From: a virus
Taxonomy: Duplodnaviria; Caudoviricetes
Reading direction: 5' to 3' (one strand)
Virus record (IMG/VR): IMGVR_UViG_3300017720_000053
Location: 1-26,965 of that record
DNA length: 26,965 nucleotides
Under the pieces are notes generated by a model, which saw only the letters and a program-made list of their open reading frames with translations, was not told the DNA's origin and did no database searches. This document shows, one piece after another, positions 8,290-17,403 of this stretch (positions are counted from its first letter, which is position 1; every line of letters begins with the position of its first letter). A program made the position numbers and the translations under genes.

Positions 8290-10071
8290 TTACGCTGGGA
8301 ATTCAACTCCTGTTGGCAGTACGTTGAAATCCAAAATTATAAATTCAGCTGTTTTAGTTGGTTGTAAATAAATCGCACCTACTAATTCGTTTCTATCAAT
8401 TACATCTGGTGTATTGTTAGTTTCATTCATTACAACTTTAAACGCGTATAATCCTTGTCTTTGTTGTACTGATTCTAAGTATGGGTTAACTTGGCTTAAG
8501 AAATTATTTCTTGTAGCTATTGTATTTTGTTCAAATACTAAGTTATCTGATACTTGAGTTATGAAGCTTTTTAAAGTAATTAATAATCTTCTAACATTTA
8601 CTCTATCTAAAGCACTTGCTTTAACTTGTAATGTTTTTTGTCCAAATACTACAACTCCTCTTCCTGGGAATGTAGCTATTGGATTTACATTTGCAGTGTA
8701 TAAAGTATCTCTATTACCTGATGTTAATTTTCTCTCGGCTCTAATTACGTTACCTAGCGATCCTCTAATTAAACCTGCTGGAGCGAACCATGGTTCCGAT
8801 GAAGCATCAGTGAATGAATATACACCCGGTATAAACGCAGAAGCTGGCGACCAAACCGTTTGTCCACTAGTTGGATCTATTGATTGTAGCCAAGGCCAAT
8901 AAGTAGCAGCATAACTTGAATCAAATGCTGTTGAACTATTAACTGTTGCAGAAACTGTGCTTCCATATTTTGAAACATCTATTACTGCTATACAATCTTG
9001 TCTATTTTCTGCTAATGCTACTAATGAATTAACTTGAACAATATGTGCTGCATATGTTGAGTCAGCTATTAGTCCTGGTGTTACTATTACATTAAAATTA
9101 TATTCGTCTTGATTATTTAATAATGAAATTGATTGTGAATAATCTGTAGCAGTTAATCCTTGAATATTTGTGTTAGAAATATCTTGATTAAATTTCATTG
9201 GTGACGTTGCAGCTTGTACATTGTATCCTAAAGCACCTGTAAATGATCCTGAACCTGCTACTGGGATAAATTCATGATAAGAAGTTAAAACTCCATTAAA
9301 TGAACCACTTGAAGCAACTCCATTATTATCAAAGAAATTTGGTGTTGGAAGGTTTACTTGTTTTACTGATATGTATTTACTTTTATTTACATAGCTTCCT
9401 GAAGCTTGTACATAATAATCGGCACCATCTTGTCTAATATTGTAACTTTGGTTACCTATCACTTTTTCAATATAGTTGGCAGCAAACGGATCAAGTGATA
9501 AATTATTCCAAGTTTCTAAAATTGATTTTTGATTTGATGTATCATTACCTTGTCTTACTATAATAGAAAAGATACCTGAACCAGTGTTAACACCACTAAT
9601 TTCCCATCTAACATTATCTAAAGATCCTGAATCTAAAGTACCACCAGACGAATCTGCAGCTTGAAGATTATTCATTATAGCACCTTCTGAAATCGTTTGT
9701 ATTTGTAGTGATTCTGAAGTAGCTACATTCATTATACCTGAATTACCTGAACCGGCTGTACTACCTGAAGTAAATGCAGGTGTGAACTCACCATGAGTAA
9801 CTCTAGTAACTAAAAGGGACGTGCCTCCTTGTCTAAAATAGTTATTTGCTGTAGCCGATGTCAAATATCCATACTCTCTAGAAGCACTTTCTACTGTGGT
9901 ACCAAATATTGCTTGATATTCACTAAAAGAAGTAACTAGTGTAGGTATTTCAACTGGTCCTTTTACAGCTGGTCCTATAATAGCGGCACCAAATTCGACG
10001 GGATTTTGCTGGATAAATGATTGGTCATTTTCTCTTGCTAATACACCTGGAGATATTAATGTTTCTGCCAT
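8290..10071 (-). CDS. gp18: Contractile tail sheath protein (T4 gp18-like)
   Basis: N-terminal SPGVLAREND..GPAVKGPV; C-terminal PWFAPAGLIRG, NVNPIATFPGRGVVVFGQKTL, LDRVNVRRLL, FEQN, LQPTKTAEFIILDF. Confidence 0.95.
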   Translation of the reverse strand: MAETLISPGVLARENDQSFIQQNPVEFGAAIIGPAVKGPVEIPTLVTSFSEYQAIFGTTVESASREYGYLTSATANNYFRQGGTSLLVTRVTHGEFTPAFTSGSTAGSGNSGIMNVATSESLQIQTISEGAIMNNLQAADSSGGTLDSGSLDNVRWEISGVNTGSGIFSIIVRQGNDTSNQKSILETWNNLSLDPFAANYIEKVIGNQSYNIRQDGADYYVQASGSYVNKSKYISVKQVNLPTPNFFDNNGVASSGSFNGVLTSYHEFIPVAGSGSFTGALGYNVQAATSPMKFNQDISNTNIQGLTATDYSQSISLLNNQDEYNFNVIVTPGLIADSTYAAHIVQVNSLVALAENRQDCIAVIDVSKYGSTVSATVNSSTAFDSSYAATYWPWLQSIDPTSGQTVWSPASAFIPGVYSFTDASSEPWFAPAGLIRGSLGNVIRAERKLTSGNRDTLYTANVNPIATFPGRGVVVFGQKTLQVKASALDRVNVRRLLITLKSFITQVSDNLVFEQNTIATRNNFLSQVNPYLESVQQRQGLYAFKVVMNETNNTPDVIDRNELVGAIYLQPTKTAEFIILDFNVLPTGVEFPA

Positions 10072-10104
10072 TTTCTTATATTAAAAATTTTGTTATTTAT
10101 TTTG

Positions 10105-10114
10105 TTATAAATAT
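10105..10114 (-). promoter_or_regulatory. ATATTTATAA putative late promoter
   Basis: Exact copy upstream of sheath ATG 10071. Confidence 0.7.
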
Positions 10115-10133
10115 GAAAAATTATTTCAAAAAT

Positions 10134-10382
10134 TTAATTTTTTGAGATTATTTCTTTTGTTTCTAAATTTATACTACCACTACCATATTTCTCTTCTAAT
10201 TCTTTGGCAGTATTGTTTTGTTCTTTTTGAAGTTCTTTAAATACTTTAAATAACTCCTCTTTTTGTTCGTTTTGAACCATCTTATTTAATTCGATGTTTC
10301 CTAAACTAAATATTATATCACTATTTCGTTGTTGATAACTTTTTAATAATGAAACTTCTTTTTCTGATAACTGTTTTGACAT
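10134..10382 (-). CDS. Small coiled-coil hypothetical protein
   Basis: 82-aa ORF with ATG, helical E/K-rich sequence ending ELEEKYGSGSINLETKEI. Own upstream motif at 10399-10408. Confidence 0.7.
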   Translation of the reverse strand: MSKQLSEKEVSLLKSYQQRNSDIIFSLGNIELNKMVQNEQKEELFKVFKELQKEQNNTAKELEEKYGSGSINLETKEIISKN

Positions 10383-10398
10383 AATGCTTTATATTTGG

Positions 10399-10408
10399 TT
10401 ATAAATAT
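10399..10408 (-). promoter_or_regulatory. ATATTTATAA putative late promoter
   Basis: Exact copy upstream of ATG 10382. Confidence 0.7.
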
Positions 10409-10426
10409 ATTAGAAATATGTTAAAA

Positions 10427-11371
10427 TTAATTTCTTTTTCTACCATCTAATGTAGGATTCCTTATCGGGTTTAAATCCCTCATATCACGTACAACTTCAT
10501 TAGTTATTGTAACTTTAGCTCTAGAATTATATTTTTTCATTGATTTTAATTCTTTTTGAATTGTATCAGGTATTATATAACCCCTCATTCTTATACCAAA
10601 AGTACCTTTTACTAATCTATCTTGATTTTGTACTAATTCTGTTGCAGTAGTAAATTGATCTATAAAAGCTCTAAATTTAAATCTTTCTGGATTACCCCAA
10701 TATGCATCTGATGCATATTCACATGCTTCTATTATTTTATTTAATTGAGACATATAATAAGTCTGTATTAAGCAACTATATTCTAAGGTTACATAATCAG
10801 GTTGAGCAACAGCATGAAATACATCAACGGGTTTTCTATTATTTAATGTGTAAAAATTATCATAAAAGTTTTTTGAACTATAACTTTTTTGCCAAACACC
10901 ATATAAATTAGGTTGATTTGCATCTAATTTATTTGCAACTGATCTATCTTTTGATATTGTATCCCTTTTAATTACTATAATAGGTAACATTATTGCACCT
11001 TGTTTATCTCTATAATAACCATCTCTTTGGAATGATTTCCATCTTTCAGGAGCACCATATATAACAGGTACTTCTCTTCTAACTCCATTTTGTATTACAA
11101 AGGGTTTAATAATATTTTGAAAATAATAAAAAACAGCTTCATCTAAATCTTGTATACCAACAGAATATTGTTTAGTATCATCGTCTTTCATACTCATTTG
11201 AGTAGACCTATTAAATTCTATTCCTGTTGCTTGGGAATTAGCATTAATATTTTCATCAGCAAAATTTGGGTTGCCTACATCTCCTCTATTTTCAATGCCT
11301 TTAAAAGCAGTTTGTTTTTCAACACTTAATTGTCTTTGTGTTTTCGGTATGGGTTTTCTAGGTTTTGCCAT
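10427..11371 (-). CDS. Tail terminator / sheath stabiliser (T4 gp15-like)
   Basis: VPVIYGAPERW, LPIIVIKR, PDYVTLEY, QLNKIIE motifs; position after the neck genes and before the sheath. Confidence 0.7.
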   Translation of the reverse strand: MAKPRKPIPKTQRQLSVEKQTAFKGIENRGDVGNPNFADENINANSQATGIEFNRSTQMSMKDDDTKQYSVGIQDLDEAVFYYFQNIIKPFVIQNGVRREVPVIYGAPERWKSFQRDGYYRDKQGAIMLPIIVIKRDTISKDRSVANKLDANQPNLYGVWQKSYSSKNFYDNFYTLNNRKPVDVFHAVAQPDYVTLEYSCLIQTYYMSQLNKIIEACEYASDAYWGNPERFKFRAFIDQFTTATELVQNQDRLVKGTFGIRMRGYIIPDTIQKELKSMKKYNSRAKVTITNEVVRDMRDLNPIRNPTLDGRKRN

Positions 11372-11886
11372 TATATTCTTTCTCTATATGGTGAAATTGC
11401 TACTTTATCTGCTGGTATGTAGTAAGTAGAAACTAATACTGATAAATTATTACCAAAATTTTCTAATCCCGGATTTAATGGGTTTACGTTATTAGGATAT
11501 GATGGATTTTTACCTCCCCAATATTGATTAGCAACTGTACTTTGTACACCGTAATAAGCTTCTTGATATAAAATAATATCACCAACTCTAATTAAAACAT
11601 CAGCATCTTTTATATCATCTCTAAAGAAATAAAATTCAATTGGCTGACCAAATTGTACACCTTCAATATTTTCAGCATATTGCTCATTTGTTCTATTTAT
11701 AAGAACATTAAAAATAAAAGGACCATCATAATATTTTTCTGCATCTGCTTCACCATATAAATTAACTTTTGTTTCTTCTAATTTAAATTGGTAAACAGAA
11801 CATTGTTGAGTAATAATATTACCCATTAATTCTCTGTTTAGTTTCCTAACCAGAGACATATCCCTTTGTGTGGTAAACATTGCCAT
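11371..11886 (-). CDS. Head closure / neck protein (T4 gp14-like)
   Basis: NLYGE motif and VGDII..Y..AYYGV; follows the gp13-like gene; TAATG coupling to the next gene. Confidence 0.7.
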   Translation of the reverse strand: MAMFTTQRDMSLVRKLNRELMGNIITQQCSVYQFKLEETKVNLYGEADAEKYYDGPFIFNVLINRTNEQYAENIEGVQFGQPIEFYFFRDDIKDADVLIRVGDIILYQEAYYGVQSTVANQYWGGKNPSYPNNVNPLNPGLENFGNNLSVLVSTYYIPADKVAISPYRERI

Positions 11887-11887
11887 A

Positions 11888-13369
11888 TTATCCTATATAA
11901 ACTGTGTAAGGAACCTGTTGTAACTCAGTCATTTTAGCTTCTGCTTCAGATGCCCTACGATTTAATAATGCTTGTCTTGATGTTTCATCAAGATAATTTC
12001 TTAATCTTTCTAATAATGCTGTTTTTTCTGCTGTAGCAGCTGATATTAAATCTCCTTGATTTAAATTTACTTCTGCATTTGGTATTGGTATGCTTGAATA
12101 TTTACCTCTTACATATCCTAACATTTCTTTAGAAAGTGCTAAAGTATATTCAAATACCCATTGTCTACCAATTGAATTAATATAATCATAATTTGGATTA
12201 GCATAAGGTGCATTTGAAACATTTGTTACTCTATCAGGTAAATTTCTAACTGATCCTTTAATTCTTTCATCTCTAATTATATATTCAAACCAAAGATTAC
12301 CTGCACCACAGGTATACTGAATATCATTGTTGCTTATTTTTATTGTAACATCATTTGATACAGTTCCAAATCCTGCTGTTTGTAGTGATTGTGAAGTAAC
12401 AGTTATTATATCATTTTGAACATAATCACTACCTGTTGCTACAACAGTTACTTTTGTGATTTTATTATTAGCTGATGTAAATGTACCAGTAGCGCCACTA
12501 CCTGATATACCTGTTAATGCTAACGCCGCAGACGTTTGATCAACTGTAGTAGTTGGGATTGATCCACTTATTGTTAAATTTCTATTTATTCTTAATTGAC
12601 CTGTATAATTTTTATCTCCATTAGCTTGAGGTATTGGAAATACTCTTAATTTATCTTTATGAATTTCAAAACTATAATTACTTCTTCTTACCATTTGGTT
12701 CATACCAATAGCTTGAATAACTTGTAAATCATAATTTAAAGGCATCATTAAAAATCCAAAATCACCTCCAAATCCACCTACACCAGCAATACCTGCTGCT
12801 ATAGCACCTCCAAATCCAAATCCATTATATGGGGATAAAAATAAAGCAGATGCAGGATATGGTGGTTGATAAAATACTCTTTTTACCTCGATACCAAATT
12901 CAGCTGCTGAACCTGTAATATCGTTATCATTCATAAAAGTAGTAAAATTATAATCTTGTTTACCTGCTTCTAAAGCAAAAGAACCTGAATACCAGGGAAC
13001 ATTACCTCCTGAACCAGCTTCAGCACCATACATTTCTGTAAGTCTTACTATTGGTTCAAAACTTGGTGTTATTAAAGATTGAGTTAATACAGAGCTAGTT
13101 GGTAAACCTTCTAAAGTTAATTGATTATCTCTTACTTTATAGGCATATAACTCATTACCATATGTAGTAACAGCTTCTTCAAATGCCGTATAAAAAGATC
13201 CTGATTGTAATTCAACATCAACTAAAGGGTAGCCTAATCTATTTGCACAAAATACAGCTACTTTATCTGCATCGTTTTGAAAATCGGTTTGTGCGTCATA
13301 AAATCCAAATGGTGTATCTCCAGAACCTGAAGCAAAAGAACTTGAACCTGGCCAAATTGGTACATTCAT
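11888..13369 (-). CDS. Neck / head-tail adaptor protein (T4 gp13-like) with a beta-rich insertion
   Basis: RLGYPLVDVEL at the N-terminus; QWVFEYTLALSKEMLGYVRGKYSSIPIPNAEVNLN near the C-terminus; directly after the major capsid gene. Confidence 0.8.
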   Translation of the reverse strand: MNVPIWPGSSSFASGSGDTPFGFYDAQTDFQNDADKVAVFCANRLGYPLVDVELQSGSFYTAFEEAVTTYGNELYAYKVRDNQLTLEGLPTSSVLTQSLITPSFEPIVRLTEMYGAEAGSGGNVPWYSGSFALEAGKQDYNFTTFMNDNDITGSAAEFGIEVKRVFYQPPYPASALFLSPYNGFGFGGAIAAGIAGVGGFGGDFGFLMMPLNYDLQVIQAIGMNQMVRRSNYSFEIHKDKLRVFPIPQANGDKNYTGQLRINRNLTISGSIPTTTVDQTSAALALTGISGSGATGTFTSANNKITKVTVVATGSDYVQNDIITVTSQSLQTAGFGTVSNDVTIKISNNDIQYTCGAGNLWFEYIIRDERIKGSVRNLPDRVTNVSNAPYANPNYDYINSIGRQWVFEYTLALSKEMLGYVRGKYSSIPIPNAEVNLNQGDLISAATAEKTALLERLRNYLDETSRQALLNRRASEAEAKMTELQQVPYTVYIG

Positions 13370-13383
13370 ATTAAATTATTTTG

Positions 13384-13420
13384 TTATAAATATTAAAAAT
13401 AGTTTTATTATTATAAATAT
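13384..13420 (-). promoter_or_regulatory. Tandem ATATTTATAA putative late promoters
   Basis: Two exact copies (13384-13393, 13411-13420) between the capsid terminator and neck ATG 13369. Confidence 0.7.
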
Positions 13421-13448
13421 AAAAAAAAAGCCCCGCTATGCGGGGCTT
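13421..13448 (-). terminator. Rho-independent terminator after the major capsid gene
   Basis: Stem AAGCCCCGC-tat-GCGGGGCTT (13428-13448) followed on the minus strand by a T run (A run at 13421-13429 on +). Confidence 0.9.
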
Positions 13449-13475
13449 AATTTAATAATTAAAATTAATTATGGA

Positions 13476-15206
13476 TTAAAGAGTATTTAAACCACTAACT
13501 TCAATTTTACCATAGAATTCAGGACGAACCATTTTCTTAGCATATCTAGTCAATAGACCTTTTCTAGGCACAAATGTGTCTGGATCATATACTAATGGAG
13601 TCATGATTAATGGAATATAAGGAGCAAATACAGCACCGCTTTCAAGGAATTGACCTCCTCTAAATCCTAATAAGATAACGTTAGTTGTCATATATGGATT
13701 TTTGTATACTTTATATCTACCATTTAATTGGCCGACTTTTTGTACACCGAAAGCATAACTTGCTTTAGCAGCATCCCCATCTGAATCAGCAGCAAATCCT
13801 GGAATTGATTCTAAGATTGTAGCTACAGTTGGAGAACATACTAAGAAGTTAGCACCACCTCTAAGAGTTTTCTGGTGAATGATGTTACTTAACTTTTGGA
13901 TTTTAGTTCCTAAAGTTTGGAACCATTGTCCTTGAGAGTTATAGAACCCTAAGTCAGTAGTTACACCATTACCTGCTTGAGAAGTAAATGCAACGTTGTT
14001 TTGAGCAGACCATACTTCAGTTCCAGCTCCAGCAGCATTAATCAACATACTTAAGATTTCTAAGTCAATTTCTAACGAAATGTACTCACTTAAGATTGAA
14101 GTTAATTCAGCTTCAGCATCTAATGCATGGTAAGCGTTAAGATCTTGAGCGAACTCAGGAGTCCAAACAGCTTTTAGCTTTTTAGTTTTTGCTACGATAG
14201 CAGATGATTTCATCTGTACGTTAATTTCAGGAATAACCTGATCTGGGCAGCAACCAACTCCACCTGATCCAGTAATAGCACCATTAGCACCGTTACCACC
14301 ATCATTGTTTACGTTAGGTTTTGGATTTCCAGCTTCAAAATCACCTCTGTATTGATCAGTAGGTTGTAATGAAGAAGATACAGTACATAATGTAGTTGTA
14401 TCATTTCCTGGCCAGTAAGAAGCAGAAACTACAAATGCTATTGTAGCACCACCACCATATCTACTAAATGCAGGTAATTGCATTCCACCATCTCCAGCTC
14501 CACTTATTGTATATTCTGAACCAGAATACAAACCAAATGACTTAACAGCCCATGGATCAATATAAGGAATACTTGAAGTGTTGAATGTTACTACTCTCCA
14601 GTCAGCAGCTATTTGAGCAGCAGACGCAGAATATGTTGAATCGAAGTCGAAATCCGACCAAGATCCTGATACTACATTCACAGAATTTATAATGGAAGCT
14701 GTAGTTTGAGTAGAATATGAAAATCTACCTGCACCATAAAGTCCACCTTGTGAATCATTTCCAAATGGATTCAAAGCATCGCTACTATTACCGTAAAGGC
14801 TATCGCCTGCGGAAAAAGGAGCTTTGTTTGTACCATATTGGAAGTCTAAGAAGAATACTAAACCAGAAGGAAGATTCATTGGTTGAACGCTAACAAATTC
14901 CTTTGCAGCGATTTGACCAAATACTTTTCTTACTAATGGAAGAGCAACTCCAGCCCATTGACCACCGATATTAACGGCAGTTTGGCTTTGGAAAGTACCA
15001 GAGGAAGCAGAACCTCCACCTGTTTGAGAACTTTCCACAACAAGTTGCTTAGCTTGGTTTTCAAGAATAATACCCATGTTATTTTTATGAGCACCATCTA
15101 AACCTTCTAATAAACCTGTCTTTTCCCATTTACCAGCTAATTTAGCTGCATCACTCTGCATAGAGTGATATGGGTTAGCGCTTTCTAATAAAGAATTTAA
15201 ACTCAT
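13476..15206 (-). CDS. gp23: Major capsid protein (T4 gp23-like)
   Basis: KWEKTGLLEGL..ILENQ, LPLVRKVF, VSVQPMNLPSGLVFFLDF, AKTKKLKAVWTPEFAQDLNAYHALDAEAELTSILSEYISLEIDLEIL, GAVFAPYIPL, PRKGLLTRY. Confidence 0.96.
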   Translation of the reverse strand: MSLNSLLESANPYHSMQSDAAKLAGKWEKTGLLEGLDGAHKNNMGIILENQAKQLVVESSQTGGGSASSGTFQSQTAVNIGGQWAGVALPLVRKVFGQIAAKEFVSVQPMNLPSGLVFFLDFQYGTNKAPFSAGDSLYGNSSDALNPFGNDSQGGLYGAGRFSYSTQTTASIINSVNVVSGSWSDFDFDSTYSASAAQIAADWRVVTFNTSSIPYIDPWAVKSFGLYSGSEYTISGAGDGGMQLPAFSRYGGGATIAFVVSASYWPGNDTTTLCTVSSSLQPTDQYRGDFEAGNPKPNVNNDGGNGANGAITGSGGVGCCPDQVIPEINVQMKSSAIVAKTKKLKAVWTPEFAQDLNAYHALDAEAELTSILSEYISLEIDLEILSMLINAAGAGTEVWSAQNNVAFTSQAGNGVTTDLGFYNSQGQWFQTLGTKIQKLSNIIHQKTLRGGANFLVCSPTVATILESIPGFAADSDGDAAKASYAFGVQKVGQLNGRYKVYKNPYMTTNVILLGFRGGQFLESGAVFAPYIPLIMTPLVYDPDTFVPRKGLLTRYAKKMVRPEFYGKIEVSGLNTL

Positions 15207-15237
15207 TGTTTTAAATTTAGATTGGTTAATAAAATTT

Positions 15238-16668
15238 TTAAATTAATCCCGCAAGCTTACGCATACGGTTGTAAACATCATTTGACTCAATGATAGGTTG
15301 TTTTGAAGCTTTAGGTTCTAAACCTGTAGCCTTACTTGCAGATCCTTTAATTGATTCATTAATTGGAGATTTATCTAGTAAACCTTCAGATAATGTTTCA
15401 AAAATAGTTTTAGCTTGTCTTACATCCTTAGCTTTGTCAAATGCTTTTAATACCTTAACTTTTTTACTTTCAGTTAAGTTTTTAGCTTTAAAGATTTTGT
15501 TTGTGTAAAGAAGTTTAGCGTTCAATAAATTAACCTCATTAAGTTCACCTTTTAATTCATTTACTGAATTAATGGCTTCCTCAAGATCTTCTTCCATTTT
15601 ACGCATTTTCTCGGTTTCACGTTCAGGCTCTGATTCAGCGGAAAATTTTCCACCTTTTCTTCTTTCAGAATCACCTTTACGTTGTACTGGATTGGACATT
15701 TCTTCTTTTTTCATGTCGTCTTCTTCGTACTTTTTGCCGTAGCCTTCTTTCACATCCTCGTCTTTTTTGGCTTCGTCGATTTCTACGTCTACGTCAATAG
15801 AGTCTTCGACTTCCATGTCGTCAACATCTACAACTTCAACTTCGTCCTCAACAAAATCGTCGCCTGGCTCAATTTCGCCATCGACAACCATGTCTTTAAT
15901 GACATCCTCGATAAATCCTTTAAGGTCGTCTTCCGACATATCTTCAAGGTCAATGTCCTTGTCATCCATGTCTTCTTTTTCGTCCTTTTCTCCATCCAGG
16001 TAACCTTCTTCTTCAGCGTCAGTACGAGCATCTTCTTTAACGTCTTCTTTGTCTTCAGCTTTCGCTTCATCCATTTTCTTGTCGTCTTCGTCTTTTGCTT
16101 CGTCTAAATCTCTTGTTTCTGATTCATTAACATCTTTTTTTTCATCAGCTTTTAATTTAGCTAATTTCTTTTCGTTGTCTTTGATATCACCTTCAAGATC
16201 TTTAATGTGGTCTCTATCATCTCTGATAGCGCCTTCCATCTTTTTCTGTTCTTCTTTGTTACCTTTCTTAGAATCTTCGAGTTCAGCAAGTAACTCATCT
16301 AAATTGATTTCTTCATCCATATCTTCTTTCTCTTCTTCTTTAATGTCCTTCATTACGCTTGCTTTATCAGCATAGCTTTTAGAAGTACTTTTCCCGACCT
16401 TTTTCGGTTCAGGGTCTAAAGTAGGTCCAGCAGTTGGATTAGCATAATCATAAAGAGTAGTTTCGCTGTTTTCGTCAACTTTCTCTTCTTTTTCTTCTTT
16501 CATATCATCATCTTTTTTATCCATTTCATCTAACTTTGCAGCTAGCATAGATTTAAGATGTGGAGTGAAAGCTTCTTCAAGAGCAAGTTTAGCATTTGCG
16601 ATAGCAGTTTCCTTAACGGCTTTTGCATCTGCAATTGCTTCAGTTAGCAAATCTCTGTTTGTTGCCAT
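15238..16668 (-). CDS. Prohead scaffolding / core protein (T4 gp22-like position)
   Basis: 476 aa, extremely D/E/K-rich with helical ends (LLTEAIADAKAVKETAIANAKLALEEAF; LNEVNLLNAKLLY; RMRKLAGLI). Lies between protease and capsid genes. Confidence 0.8.
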   Translation of the reverse strand: MATNRDLLTEAIADAKAVKETAIANAKLALEEAFTPHLKSMLAAKLDEMDKKDDDMKEEKEEKVDENSETTLYDYANPTAGPTLDPEPKKVGKSTSKSYADKASVMKDIKEEEKEDMDEEINLDELLAELEDSKKGNKEEQKKMEGAIRDDRDHIKDLEGDIKDNEKKLAKLKADEKKDVNESETRDLDEAKDEDDKKMDEAKAEDKEDVKEDARTDAEEEGYLDGEKDEKEDMDDKDIDLEDMSEDDLKGFIEDVIKDMVVDGEIEPGDDFVEDEVEVVDVDDMEVEDSIDVDVEIDEAKKDEDVKEGYGKKYEEDDMKKEEMSNPVQRKGDSERRKGGKFSAESEPERETEKMRKMEEDLEEAINSVNELKGELNEVNLLNAKLLYTNKIFKAKNLTESKKVKVLKAFDKAKDVRQAKTIFETLSEGLLDKSPINESIKGSASKATGLEPKASKQPIIESNDVYNRMRKLAGLI

Positions 16669-16692
16669 AATCCCAAAATTTAGTTTGTGAAA

Positions 16693-16757
16693 TACGCTTA
16701 TTCATGAAGCGTAATAGAAAATTATACATTATTGAACACCATATAGAATGATGGTGT
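16693..16757 (-). promoter_or_regulatory. Two hairpins in the 5' leader of the scaffold-capsid operon
   Basis: TACGCTT-attcatg-AAGCGTA (16693-16713) and ACACCAT-atagaatg-ATGGTGT (16736-16757) in one of the longest intergenic gaps; neither has a terminator-like long U tail. Confidence 0.55.
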
Positions 16758-16791
16758 ATTACGGTTATACGTATATGAATATTTATTAAAG

Positions 16792-17403
16792 TTACACTAT
16801 AGGGCAAGAACCCTTAGAACAAAGTATTTCTGTTATTATTTGATTTGTTCTTGTGTAATCGTATATTTGTGGTGCTTTACCCTCTTTAAGTATTTCATGC
16901 ATGTATGAACCTGGGTTTGATGGTGTTGAAACAAAATCCCAACATAATAATTCAAAGTCATCTTGTACTTCCATTACTCCACCAATATCTTGTAAAGAAC
17001 CCATTCCTCTAGATGAAACACCTACTGTTATTCCATTTTTAATAAGTTCCTTTAATATATTACCTGAGGGGGTTGGTAAAATTTCTATTTTACCTAAAAT
17101 GTTATCTCCATCCCACCAATAGTCACTAATAAGATGTGATACATTTTTTAAATTAACAACTGAAGATTCTGGGTGGTCTAATTCTCCCATTGAACGTCTT
17201 TGTTCAATAAGTTCATCATATTTAGCCATTTCTCTATCCCATAAATCTTTTGAATAATAACGACCATTACCATTCTTCACTTCAGCCGTAGCTAAAATGC
17301 CTTCTACCATTAAATTTCCATTTTCCTTACTAATATTTTCCGTTAGTTGGGATGGTGAAATTTTAACAGTATGGGTTTCTATAAGTAATTGTTTATTACT
17401 CAT
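16792..17403 (-). CDS. gp21: Prohead core protease (T4 gp21-like)
   Basis: NGNGRYY, GELDHPE (catalytic His), VSHLI, ILPTPSGNIL, GVSSRGMGS (catalytic Ser), WDFVSTPS. Start probably MSNKQ at 17403, overlapping the upstream stop; 17412 is possible. Confidence 0.95.
   Translation of the reverse strand: MSNKQLLIETHTVKISPSQLTENISKENGNLMVEGILATAEVKNGNGRYYSKDLWDREMAKYDELIEQRRSMGELDHPESSVVNLKNVSHLISDYWWDGDNILGKIEILPTPSGNILKELIKNGITVGVSSRGMGSLQDIGGVMEVQDDFELLCWDFVSTPSNPGSYMHEILKEGKAPQIYDYTRTNQIITEILCSKGSCPIV

Noticed and set aside
98-10071. Bacterial contractile injection system or tailocin
   Set aside because: Capsid, portal, protease and terminase genes are adjacent, so this is a complete phage virion module.
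15700-16520. TCT/TCG/TTC low-complexity tracts as a DNA repeat element
   Set aside because: They are explained by the D/E/K-rich scaffold coding sequence (DEAK and EDVKE units).
16693-16757. Leader hairpins as intrinsic terminators
   Set aside because: The stems are only moderately GC-rich, lack a long U tract, and lie downstream of the putative promoter.
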